DNA from: Girardia tigrina
Taxonomy: Eukaryota
Direction: 5' to 3'
Length of the DNA: 55,611 nt
Assembly (NCBI GenBank): GCA_001938485.1
Contig: MQRK01215110.1
Span: 1-55,611 of the forward strand
Shown here: positions 26,983-39,139 of the stretch, one piece after another
Layout of the letters: each line of letters starts with the position of its first letter
How positions within the stretch are numbered: the first letter of the stretch is position 1
Notes under the pieces: generated by a model
The model's database searches: none
Told to the model about the DNA's origin: nothing
The model's input: the letters and a program-made list of their open reading frames with translations, nothing else
Program-made: the position numbers and the translations under genes

Positions 26983-28310
26983 TAGGCATGTACCGGTTTC
27001 ACTTTTTCAAAACCGGCCGGTACCGGTACCAGTATTTTTTAAAAGTAGCGAGACCGGCCGGTGCCAGTGCCGCTTTTAAAAAATAAAAAATTATCAAAAA
27101 GAAAAACCAACATTGAAACGAAATAAAATTTTTATTTTGTATTTTTAACAGAAATATTAACTTCATCAATTATATGAAAATTAAATTTCAAAAGAATTAA
27201 TCTCTCTGCGTTCTCCAGTAATAGCCTTGATCTTTGGTCGTCCAATGTTTTTAATGCAATGCTAAAAACTTTTTCAGAAGGAACACTTGTTGGCGGAGAC
27301 GCAAGACAGGTACGAGCGATCTATAATAGTCTTGGGAAACGATGATTATTGGAGCCCCACTAGTGAAGTGGATTTTTTGTCTTGAAATAAGTCCTTCAGA
27401 TAAATAGATGTCCAATTCTGTTTTCAACGCTGATGCTGGAGAAACAGACAACTTTGTCAAGAGAGTGATAAAATCTCGTCACGACTTGACCAGGGGCTGA
27501 GATCACAATTTTGAGAAATGTTCATTAAAATTTTTTCAGGTTCTAAATGCTCAACGTTTGTAGTGTTTTCATTTAGACACCAACGTGTAAAAGCAAGAAG
27601 AAGATTATCTTTAGCTCGTGCAGCTACAAACTCAGAAAAGCAGCGATGTTTAAAACGGGGATCCAAAAGAGTTGCGATTACACAACATGGGTGAATCTCC
27701 ATGTTTCTCAACCGTTTTATGAGAGATTTCAGCAACTGTTCCTTCATTGTTTTTAATTCTGAATCAACTTCGGACTTTTCCAAAACATTTACTAATGCTT
27801 TTGTAGATGGGATGATTGGAGAAATTAATGAACTTTGACCGCTAACATCTCGTTTTAGCTCTTCAAATGGAGCTAAAGTTCATATAATTTGTTCTACAGT
27901 TGTCCATTGACTGAGATTTAGATTACTAACACCATCAGTCTCGGTACAAAATATACTAATAGCACGAAGTTGTTTTAATAACCTCTTCAAAATGTAAAGT
28001 GTTGAATTCCAACGAGTTGGTACGTCTTGAATGAGTTGACGTAGCGGCAAATTCAATTCTTTTTGAAGTATATGTAGTCGATTTGAAGTGACCAACTAGT
28101 TTTCTGGCGGTAGCAAGAATCTCACTGATTTCATTTTGACAAAAAATCCCATCTTTTATAACTAGTTGAAGGGAGTGTGCAAAGCACGGAACTTACTGAA
28201 GGCCAATAAAATTCATCTCACGAAATGCTTCGGTAATATTAGGAGCATTGTCATGTAAAATTATATGGCAGTTAATTAGTGAAATGTTCCAATTAGTAAG
28301 CATAATTGTT
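26983..28310 (-). mobile_element. hAT-Ac/ZBED-like transposase remnant with one terminus
   Basis: QDVPTRWNSTLYILKRLL, ATLLDPRFK, ELDIYLSE and a decayed dimerisation domain. Terminus TAGGCATG at 26983 with ACCGG subterminal repeats. Confidence 0.85.
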
Positions 28311-28665
28311 TATATTTTGCAAATTAAAAAAAATCCTCTCCGAAAAAACTGAATTATGATCTTAATTTCATTGAAGTTTTAAAACTGAATATCAATAACA
28401 ATAAGTTAAAATCGTTAAGTTTAAAAAATGAACTATCCAAAATAATTAATATTTTGCATATAAAAAAATCTCCCGAAAAATTTTATTTCTAATATTAATT
28501 GTATTTAATTGTTTTAAATGAATAATAAATAAGATTAACTTTTAATACTGTAGTTTTAAAGGTGAATTATCAAACATAATTAGTATTTTGCATATTAAAA
28601 AATCACCCTTGAAAAAATTGAATTTTGATCTTAATTACATTAAAGTTTTTTAACTGAATATTGTA
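28305..28665. repeat. Degenerate tandem repeat, ~135-bp unit, about 3 copies
   Basis: TATTTTGCA.AT.AAAAAA recurs at ~28313, ~28449 and ~28584 with similar downstream sequence. Confidence 0.5.
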
Positions 28666-29539
28666 AACTTTATGACGAAGAACCCCAGATAACAAAGGCT
28701 TCCATAATTATTCTATAAATGCATATAATTTTATTTCTAATAAAAGTTTTTTAATGTGGTATTTGATGCTATTATAAATTTCAACATTTTAATAATAAAT
28801 AATTTTAATTTTTCTAAATTTGAAAATCTAAATAACAGATTGATTACGTATTATTATATCCATATAATAATATTTCGTAATATTAAATATTTTGTGCGTA
28901 CGCACCTGATAACGTTAATAATGTTCTTGTTCAGAATTTTAACTTATTATTCTTATTATATGTTGCTATTATTATTATTTATTTTGAACTCTTCCGAACC
29001 TCAAGATTTACATGCAGTTCAAGACAATTTATTTTCAAATTCAAATATGGATCTTTTGATCAATGAACACTTGAATGACAACCATTGATTAATTTTGTTG
29101 CTTGCTTCTTGTAAGGAATATTGGGTGTGTAATTGTTTTTTTGTAGTGTTTGCATGTTTAAATGTTGTGTGTTGATTTGGAATTTTTAATTCTTATAATG
29201 TGAAACTAATTTATTTAAATTTAGATTTAATATTCAAATTTTTAATTTTTATTATAGCAACTTTTAAATAATTTTATTGATTGTATTTTTAAAATTTTTA
29301 AATAATTAAAATCAAATTAATGTTTAAAAATGACTATAAAAATATTTTATCTTAGCCAATCAAATTTAAATTAAATATTTTTAAATAAAATAATCTTCTC
29401 AAGTATAGTTCAGATTATAATGAGAGATATTGAGAATTGATTGATGGACTTAAGTGAAAGCAATAGTATTGATCATCATAAAGATGATAAAAAATGTGAA
29501 TGTAATAAATGTTCTGTCAAATGTGTGAGTTCTCTTAAC

Positions 29540-30360
29540 ATGGCGACTTCACACCACATGACTCCGAACATCAAAGGTCCAGAAACATTCGATGGATCCG
29601 AGCACAAATTAGAAGAATTCCTGATAAGTTTTACCATGTATTCAAAGATTATGGGATTATCAGAGGAGAGAAAAATCCTACTGGTAACACCCTACTTGAC
29701 TCCAAATGCGATTCTGAGATACGAGGAGGCCCCATGGAGTACTTGCGAAGAGAAAATGCGAGCAGAATTTTTAAAAGAGAAATCTATTTTGGATTTGATG
29801 AAAGATCTCATAGAGTTAAGAGTAGGTTGCGGTGACCCGTCACTTGCGTTCCACAAAGCACATGAGATAATCGAAAAACTAGTGGATAAAAAGTTTGGTA
29901 AGAAAGAACTATGCTAATATGTTTGACGATGATAACGTCGATCAAAAGATAGTGATTCGAGGTATAACAAAGGCAGAGGAGATCGAAAACATACAAATGA
30001 GGATGTATGAATACGGGAAAAAGAAAAGAAATTCACCGATTGCAACACAAGGAAAGTAAACGATTGGAAAACTGTGGAGAATAAAAGAAGAACACCAAAA
30101 CCACGGAACGACGAAGTAAAGAGAGACAGTACAATTCGAAGTCAGAAAAATAGTTTGTTGGGCATGCCATGAGGAAGGTCATGTTAGAAAATAATGTCTG
30201 AACGTTAAGTGTAGTCACTGAAAAAGAAAAGGACACATACGAACACAATGTTATGAAAACCTAAATAGATTTAAAGAACGTAACCAACGGAAATGGGACA
30301 ATAATAGAAATCGTTGGAATGACAGGAGAGATTATTCTAATCAGAGATATAGAGAACGAC
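29540..30360 (+). pseudogene. Gypsy gag remnant
   Basis: PETFDGSEHKLEEFL N-terminal gag motif. Decayed knuckles VCWACHEEGHVRK and GHIRTQCY are homologous to 17764-17870. Confidence 0.8.
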
Positions 30361-30434
30361 AGAGATATATAATAGTGTGGCCTAATACGCATCTGTGAAG
30401 ATCCATGAAGAAGAAGTTAGGGAAGAACTTCATG

Positions 30435-30640
30435 AGTGGAAAAGAAAGGGTGGTTTTCAGAATGTGAAGGTCCGTGCTTGTTGCACGCTTGTCTTCAGTT
30501 AGAAACTCGATTATCTTCTCATCTTTGTCAAGAGAGGGCCGCCCTTCGCGGACTTGATCGTCTGTGTTAAAGTTGTTTTCACGAAAATTGGAAATTCACC
30601 TTTCACATGTTCTCTTTGAGACTGTTCCAGCTCCAAGGGC
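30435..30640 (-). pseudogene. Tc1/mariner HTH fragment
   Basis: Minus strand reads GAGTVSKRTCER*ISNFRENNFNTDDQVREGRPS, the usual mariner N-terminal DNA-binding pattern. Confidence 0.65.
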
Positions 30641-30881
30641 CGTGTTAATTTAGTCAGTCATCTGTGAGGGTGTTAAATCAGAGCGATTAAAATCCATTAG
30701 GATGATGAAAATGTGCGAAATTTATGAAACTGCTATTATTTTATTAAAACAAAAATTCATTTAGAACAGAAAATAAAAATTATTGGATATAAGTAGATCG
30801 CGAATGATATTTTATCTAAATCACATTTTATTAGGGATTGCAAATATATATGAATAGAACTCAAAACTGGATTGAGCCATC

Positions 30882-30921
<40 letters not shown>

Positions 30922-31379
30922 NNNNNNNNNNNNNNNNNNNNNNNNNNNNNNNNNNNNNNNNNNNNNNNNNNNNNNNNNNNNNNNNNNNNNNNNNNNNNNN
31001 NNNNNNNNNNNNNNNNNNNNNNNNNNNNNNNNNNNNNNNNNNNNNNNNNNNNNNNNNNNNNNNNNNNNNNNNNNNNNNNNNNNNNNNNNNNNNNNNNNNN
31101 NNNNNCACCCACATATATCTATGCTAACTGCAGATATCCTTGCATCACATAAATAATTCATCTTTTGTGGTTGCCGATAAAGTCCTGATGATATCTAAAA
31201 GCGATCCATGACGTATATTTGATACCATTTTTGGGTGAGGTACAATTTTGTTCTCCTTGACCCACAGTCTACCCATAGACACCGGTGTTTCGTGGCCACA
31301 CTGCGCTTGCTCTTCTATCAATAGCATCTAGATTTAATGACAATTTATTTATAAACAAAATAAAGAAAATACGTCATTC

Positions 31380-31650
31380 AATAGTTTTTTATTGTACAAA
31401 ACATGTTTCACCATTACGACATCGTCAGTTGTGAAATAATTTCGTATTACAAGTCATTTATATGGCACATTGACTATTACCCAATTAATCTTTTTCTTTT
31501 ATTATTTTAAGTATTAAAATTTTTTAATATGATTGGATATATGATAGGATATTTGATTTATTTTTTGAACATTCAAGTATGGTTTTCAATGCTTTATTAA
31601 TAATGCCTCAGTAACTATCCTCTCATGATGTGTCAAAATGTTTTTTCAAG
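31380..31650 (-). mobile_element. Penelope-like retroelement 3' remnant
   Basis: HERIVTEALLIKH*KPYLNVQ resembles the end of the Penelope GIY-YIG domain. It is followed by CTGACGATG...GAAAC, the hammerhead-type core typical of Penelope terminal repeats. Confidence 0.55.
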
Positions 31651-32761
31651 ACTGTAAATTTAGAGTCATCGTTAACTTTATCTCTATTTCTGCATTTTTT
31701 ATTGTGATAGAGAATCAAGCTATTAGTAGTAAGACTTTTAGTTCTGAGAAGACAATTTGTTTCTCCAATGCACAAGGATTCACACTTGTGACATTTAAAT
31801 TTATATACTAGATTAGCTTAGACACCTGATGGAGTTTTTGATTTATTTTAATATTGAAAATAAATAAAAAAAGATTCATTGTGTAATAGTCACAAGTGGA
31901 AATCCCCTCTCATTTTTTTAGAAAAAACAAAAAGACAATTTAACGAAAGAACTCTTAATGGTTATCTTCTTCTGTCCCTCTAAAACATATATGTGGTCCT
32001 CCTCTCGAGAAGTTTATATAATGCAGTATATGTAATATATTATAAATATTTTTGTGTCTCATTAACTTTAATTATTGTGTTAACTCTAACAATTATTATA
32101 ATTGTTATATTATAATATATGCTTATTAGTTATTTAATCCAATTGTAAATATATCTAAAAATATTATAAAAGAAAACGGATTTCTAAGTGAATGAAAGTG
32201 AAAAAGTCTTCAGTTAACATTTGCCATCGCGTTTGCTTTGATGACTTCAATCAGGTTTTGTTTTGTCCCATTATCGAATCTCGGAAAATTCCATTAGGCC
32301 AAATTGTTTTAGTACATTTTAATATGATATAAGACGATGAATATTAAAAAGTAATAAATATACAAATATAAATTTCGGAAAAATAAAACGATTATCATTA
32401 TCAACAAAATGATAAACGATTTGAAGTCAGTCGAATTTATCTTTCGTCTTTGTTTAAATTTGCTTTGAAAACATTTTGATTGAGCGTTTGAAAACGAAAT
32501 TTGCGGTACTCAAATATTTTCTTTTTAACTAATTTTTCCCTACATCCGACATTTAATGTTGTCTCATTTATTCTCAAAATGTATAATTTGTATTCGATGA
32601 TATATGTAATTAGTATTTATACACATTTTACAATTTTAATAAAATGTATTTTCCTTATGATGAACAAGTCACGAAAATGTATTAGTCTTAGTACAGCTTG
32701 AAGTGTTTCATATTCTTTATTTCCAAAAATGGTAGAGCGATTCCATCTTCAAAATTATAAG

Positions 32762-34752
32762 TGTTGGGTATTAAATTATCTTTAATTTAAATATTATTTT
32801 TTAAATATAAATCTTTATTCTTTAAACTTTAATCTGAAATCTTTAATCTGACTCCAATTAATCAGAAAGGACTTCCAACATAAATATATGAATAAATGAA
32901 CACAAAATTCTTTTTCCAAATATTTTATTTTTCAATAACACAAAATAGCACACAGCTTTATATTGTTCAATTCAATAGTATCAATAATGGATATTCACAA
33001 ATGGATATTCGAGTTTATCAGATCACAGCTTATTTATTTTCAAACTCTAAATCTTCTAAACCAGAGGTTCCCAAACTTTTTTGGCCTACCGCCCCCTTTC
33101 CAGAAAAATATTACTTAGCGCCCCCTGAAAATTAATTTCGAGGAAAATTAATTAATAAAATTAAATTAATTAAATAAATTAGAAATTAATAAAAATATTT
33201 TTGAATCAACTTAGAGAAAGTAGATCGGTATCAGCAGTGATGAGCAATGATATTTTTAAGAAAGGGCTCGCTCTTATTTTTTCTCGGGAATTGTATGAAC
33301 TAGTACTCTAGCAATGTGTCACTGCGACTGACATAAAAAAACAAAATAATGTTAATTAAATGGTTTATTTTATAGAAAAAACAACAATATTATATGAAAG
33401 CATTTATTGAACTTAGAATAGAATGTATTGCCTACATTTTTTCTTTGGTTGAGTCATTATTATCTGTAAAAAAAGAATATTTTTATGGAGGTATTTTTAA
33501 TAATATATTTTTAGTAAATTTTAGAAATATTTTTGTAAAAAACAAATTAAGTTGAGCCATTATTATCTGTAAAAAAAATTCTTATGGAGGTATTTAATAA
33601 AATAATTAAATTTTTTTATTTAATAATATTTTTTTAGTAATTTTTTGAAATATTTGTGTAAAAAACTAACTGAAATAAATAGTGATGAAATAAATAAACA
33701 TGATATTATTAATTGTAAAGCGTATGTAATTATTACAAAATAAATGAATAATACTCACCAATTATAGTCACANNNNNNNNNNNNNNNNNNNNNNNNNNNN
33801 NNNNNNNNNNNNNNNNNNNNNNNNNNNNAATATATCAATTAAATAAAAATTTCCTGGCGGTTGTGAGATAATAAATTTATTTCACGTTTCAATTCACCAC
33901 CTAACTATTATTATTCAAACAAAATCACTATTATCACACAGAAACAATTATTATATAGCCTAATGTTTTTTTTAATTTTGGAACCAAAACTTTACTTGTT
34001 TTAAAATTTTTTTTATTCAAATTTTTTTAACTTTAATTAATTAATTTATTCTTTTTCGATTTTATTCCATTTTATTTCCAATGTATTCATTTCCATTTNN
34101 NNNNNNNNNNNNNNNNNNNNNNNNNNNNNNNNNNNNNNNNNNNNNNNNTTATTCTTTTTCGATTTTATTCCATTTTATTTCCAATGTATTCATTTCCATT
34201 TTAATCCCTAACAATCACATAAATCAATTTTTCTAAATCTTCTCTTCTTTCTTTTATACTATCACCGTCCCCTTACAGATATTCATCGCCCCCAAATGCC
34301 GTCTGTGGCCATCACCGTCCCCCTGGATTGCTGCAGCGCCCACTTTGGGAACCACTGTTCTAAACGAACGATAACCGTAAACAATTGAAAGTTATAATGA
34401 TCTACTTCTCCTATACAGGATACTATCGATCAGAACTTTCAATAGAGGAATATTAATCGAATAAAATAAAAAAAATAAAAATAAACTTTACGATTCTTCC
34501 TTCTTGTAGTTTTAGATTAGAAATTTTTGGGCAAACTAAACTAAATTTGCTGCTGTTTATAGTGTTTTTCATCAGCCTTGAAAACTGATAGAAGAAAACA
34601 AAGACTAAAATATTTTTAATTTTCAATTCCAAATTTTGATAAACTAAATATTATTTTGTTTGAAATTAATAATTTTGCCGAAAGAATTATTTTAAATTTT
34701 TTTACATAAAATTTTATCAAAAGTGTTCATAAGTATTTTCGAAACCCTAACA
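32762..34752 (-). repeat. 3' LTR, interrupted by a hAT non-autonomous element
   Basis: Direct repeat of 40373-41062 once 33062-34365 is removed. Confidence 0.95.
33062..34357. mobile_element. Non-autonomous hAT (Charlie/Buster-type) element
   Basis: TIRs CAGAGGTTCCCAAA / TTTGGGAACCACTG. 8-bp TSD TTCTAAAC at 33054-33061 and 34358-34365, present only once in the sister LTR. Confidence 0.95.
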
Positions 34753-34800
34753 GATCTCTCCCCAATAGAAAATATCGTCCTCGATATTTAGACGACAGTC
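34753..34800 (-). promoter_or_regulatory. Polypurine tract plus conserved upstream hairpin
   Basis: Minus strand GGGGAGAGA lies just before the 3' LTR. The same ~48-nt block occurs before the LTR at 52293. Confidence 0.85.
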
Positions 34801-35465
34801 AAATATAATAATGATATTATGAATAATAGGCAACCATTATATCTCTTTCAAAACATAAAAGTTAAAAAAATAAGACTTTCCAAATGGCATAAATTAATAA
34901 AAACGTTATAACCGTTAAAGCAACAAAGAAAAATTCTGATCGTCCATTAAAACAAAAATAATTAATTTATTTTTCAAAGAAAATATTAAATAACAATCAT
35001 AATTTCAAACGCAATATTCCTAGTTAACTTTATTTTAAACAAATTCTTCTTCCCGAAATCGGCAAGAGGTCTTTCAAACATGCAAGAAGCCGATTTTATC
35101 ATTAACATAAATAAATATTAATTATATTAATTATAAATCTTTGTCTTTTGATCATCTGTTAAATTTAATGTATTATACTTATAATTGTAGTTATAACTGT
35201 CTTAAAAAAATATATTATTATTATCGACGAAATTATTATTGATGACAAGACAATTATTATTATAATTGTCTTTAAGATAATTTGATATTTAGATTACCAA
35301 TTTTCCTCCCAGAAATTGATATATAATCATCAACAATTATTGCAATAATTGCAATAATTTATTTTATTATTCCATTTCCGTAATTGATATTTTATTATTC
35401 ATTTTTTTAATTTTTATTTTTGATTTTTTAGTTTAGCAATAAAAAGCGCCACTCAGATCCACCCG

Positions 35466-35610
35466 AACGCAATGGAAACGACAAGAATCGATGGTCCCTC
35501 TCGACACACTAGTGGGCAAATAGTCAACCTAATGTGTCGAAACAAAGAGAGTTTGCTAGCTGTGTTAGAAGCGTTTATTCACGATCCATTATTACAATGG
35601 GTCCCCCACG
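35466..35610 (+). pseudogene. TOR: TOR kinase-domain C-terminal fragment inside the LTR element
   Basis: NAMETTRIDGPSRHTSGQIVNLMCRNKESLLAVLEAFIHDPLLQW matches the TOR signature NAMEVTGLDGNYR...HKDSVMAVLEAFVYDPLLNW. No other TOR sequence was seen in the window. Confidence 0.8.
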
Positions 35611-35984
35611 ACGACGCCAAGAAAGGCGGAGACAACACCATAGAAAATCCGCTTACTAATCAAGAGACAACAGTCGATCTTAGAAAAGCTTTGAGATTAG
35701 GTATTCGACCATTTAATGTTCCAGCGCCACCAACAACAACACACTCAAACACGTCTCGAAATCCTAATTGCAGGCCGTCTTCTGGAAATTTATATATTTT
35801 ATTTTATAAGTCATTTTTTTTGTTTTGATTTTTTTATATAATATTAAATAATAATAATGATAATAATAATTTATATAATAATTTAAATAATATTCATAAA
35901 TAAAATAATAATATTAATAATAATAATATTACTAATATTAATAATAATAATATATATATTTTTTATCAACACCTATCCCGCCAA

Positions 35985-37676
35985 GTTTGACCAAAAAATA
36001 TAAATTTTCCCCATATTCTTTTCATTGTATTCATAGTGGCTCTTTGAAAATGATCTATACTCAAAAAATTGTCATAGTTTACTTTTCCTACTCCGTAAGG
36101 TAAAAGGGTATCAATGATTTCATTCATAACTCTTTCTTTTTTAGAAGGAAATAAGAGATTACGTCTTGAATCTTCAAATTTCTTCTAGTGAATAAATACA
36201 AATTGTTGACATCTGATCTAAAGACGTAAAATTTATTAAATATTCTAATTTTGTTAAATCCAATTTTTCGATGCCTTTAACTTCTTTATTATTTGGTAAT
36301 AAAATCCACATTTCTGGTGTTAATGGATATAAAGGTGCTGTTATCTCATTAAATCGTAATTTTCTAGGTATTGTTCCATTTTCCACCAAAATTCGTGTTA
36401 TAGGTTCTACAAATCTTAATTCACCTTTATAGCTAACTGGAAGTTCATTTGTACACTCATTATGTTTTATTATTTGAATTGATATTTCTTTACATTTATA
36501 GCTATATAATGCTTCGGCCATAATTCGTCCAAATACACCTTTTTCAGCAACTAGTATTGGAGCGACTAAATTAGGATTTGTTACAACTAAAGCGATTCGA
36601 TTTTGTAATATTTCACGATTCAATTTACAATCATTTAATATAAGCTCACGATATAAATTTTCCACTGTTGATTGATGAAAATGAAATGTAAAATCCATTT
36701 TATTGCTCAAATAATGTAATAATTTTATATCAGCATTATGTACAACTGTAGCATCGGGTATCCTTTCTTGAGAAACATATAGACCCTTATAATTTGTTGA
36801 ATACATTGGTTTTCCACAACGGTTTTCTTTTTCTTTTCGAATAAATCTCATTCCATCTGCTGAAAGAGATGACATTAAAACTGTTGCTAAATTCCTTTTT
36901 TGAACTGGTACTGTTTTTCGAGCTTGATACTTCTTTGGTTTTAACCTATCTGGTCTTTCTTGTATTTGAATACATTGAGCTTCAATAAATTCTGCTGATT
37001 TAAGAAATGCTAAATTACAATCTTTATAATTAACTGAGTATAATAATACAGATTCTCCTGTCTGACAGCTTTTAGTTCGATAATTACAAAATGGATGAGA
37101 CTGTAATTTCCCAGTAACATCATCAAAAATACCATCAAATTCTCTCAATTCTCTTTGATATTATTCTGATATGATAATTTTATCTAGTATTTTATTTCCT
37201 AATTTTACAGATTCTCCTTTACATTCTCCATCCGGATTCATTACTTCTTTCCGAAATACAGATTCTCTTGTAATATATCCAACTTTGGCAGTCAATGTTA
37301 AAGTGGAATCAATTTTTAGTTGTTTCGTTTGGAATGCTGCTTTACAATTTTCTGGTAAGATTTCAACTGGTCTCGGTATAGCATCTATTTTAATAAGAGA
37401 AGAGTGACTCCATCTTCCACAAGGAAAAACATAAGTTGCACGTTTTACTATACACTCTCGTACTTTTGCTCTTCTAAATCCTGATTCTTGATACAAATGA
37501 TATAAAACATTTTTCTCTTCTTTAATTTGAAATGGATAAGCTTCAGCACATTCCACGACATTCATTAATGAATATATTTTTCTCACTTCTGTTTGTGAAC
37601 AATCATTCGCTACTAAAGACATCGTTGGAGATACACATAAGAATAAAATCATAATTAATGATAACCACCACATTCT
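35985..37676 (-). pseudogene. Chuvirus-like (class III fusion) envelope glycoprotein, one stop, one frameshift, truncated at the TM region
   Basis: Signal peptide MWWLSLIMILFLCVSPTMS then LVANDC, ECIVKRATYVFPCGRWSHSS, YLSNKMDF...LYRELILNDCKLNREILQN, AEALYSYKC, CTNELPVSYKGELRFVEPITRIL. After a frameshift it reads LLFPSKKE...IWGKFIFFGQ. These follow the motif order of chuvirus G proteins. Confidence 0.85.
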
Positions 37677-37899
37677 CGAATTATATATGGATTTTTTACT
37701 ATTATCAATTTTGTTATCTTTCAAAGATTCGTCTTTTAATACTTTATTTCGAAACTTTTTACTTCTTTTTGATACACTTCTACTTATTAAATTACCATTT
37801 GTATCTACATCTGGAATATTTTGAAACTGCAACATATTTTCTTCCTTTTTAATTTCAACGTTTTGTAAATCATCAGTAAATTCGTTAAAATCATTCGTA

Positions 37900-38615
37900 T
37901 CGTAAAATTCTTCAATATAATAAACTGTTATATTATTAATTTCTTTTTCATAACATCTATAATCATATAGATAATTTTCATCTAGTAATTCTAAATCCGA
38001 AAGAAATAAAAGTAATGTTCCTTCAATTTTAAACATTTCTTTAACTTTTTGTCTTTTTTACTTTAATTGTCCACACTTCAGCAGTATTAATTGTACCTTT
38101 TCCTGGAACGTCTATTGCTAGAAATAATCTTTGAATATCTTTATTTTTCTGTCTATTATATTGTCCAAATTTTATTAAAATTTCTTGTATTTCTTTTTTA
38201 AACATCGTTTCTTGCTTTAATTTATATATTAATACTGATCTAAGATTATTTATAACATTATCATTAATGTTTAACATTTCTATTTCTTTAATTATATTCT
38301 TTAACTTTTCTTCATTGACTTCATTTTTTAATCTCAATGTCAAATCTTTAATATAATTTTCAGATACATTCATTTTATTATGATTATTTTCTAACATTAT
38401 AATATCAACAGTATTAATGTTGTTTGGTAATATTCCATAATCCACTAAATAATCTTCTAATTCTAATTCAAAACATTTAAAATTCATAATAAATTTATCA
38501 TTTCCAATCTTTTGTACAAGTATTTCCTTCAAATGTTTAACTTTTTTAAGATGATCAATTTGAATTACTGTAAATTACTGTAAATAAGTCCATCAATAGT
38601 TATAAAAATCTGAAG
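37900..38615 (-). pseudogene. Two tandem ubiquitin-like domains (frameshifted)
   Basis: QIFITIDG/FTVIQIDHLKKVKHLKEIL...ELELEDYLVDYGILPNNINTVDII and LFLAIDVPG...TIKVKK/KVKEMFKIEGTLLLFLSDLELLDENYLYDY show the ubiquitin pattern QIFV..TV..VK.KI..L.F.G..LED..TL.DY.I. Confidence 0.65.
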
Positions 38616-39139
38616 ATTATCTGTCATAGGCATTTTTCTCAATTGTTCTCCTAAATATTTCAAAAATGTTTTCATTTCCCTATTCATCGTTTTATTATAC
38701 TCTAAATAATTCACTACCAACTTTATAAAATGTTCAGTTTTATCATTTTGTAAATTTAATATGATAATTTCTTTAATATTTTTGCTTATTTTAACATTTA
38801 AATCTTTATTCATTTCCATTTCGTTTATTAATCTACTCATATCTATTCTCGATTTATCTAACTTAACATCATCAATTTTATCAGAAACACTTTGAACTTT
38901 ACTTTCAACTTTACTGTTATTTTCATTTTGTTTAAATTTATTTTTACTTTCATCTTTTGATGTTGATAGCATTTGTACACTTGGATCAGTTTTATTAATT
39001 CTTGCGGATATTCTATCAAATTGTGTTCTTAATTCGTTAAAGTCTGTTTCATAGAATCATTGGAACCTTCATCTTCAGATGACAAGCAGTTTATATCGGA
39101 TTGATTATCTTTGAATTTAATTTTCTTCTTCAAGATTGA

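Noticed and set aside
31145-31327. GSLLDIIR as a STE20-type kinase fragment
   Set aside because: No other kinase motifs. The context (LWVKENKIVP) fits a decayed Gypsy pre-integrase region at least as well.
35472-35828. ORF as an exon of the functional host TOR gene
   Set aside because: It lies inside an LTR-bounded element, has substitutions at conserved positions, and no other TOR exons were seen. Treated as a captured fragment.
35985-38036. Stand-alone endogenous chuvirus
   Set aside because: No L or N gene, and G is contiguous with gag-derived coding sequence between LTRs.
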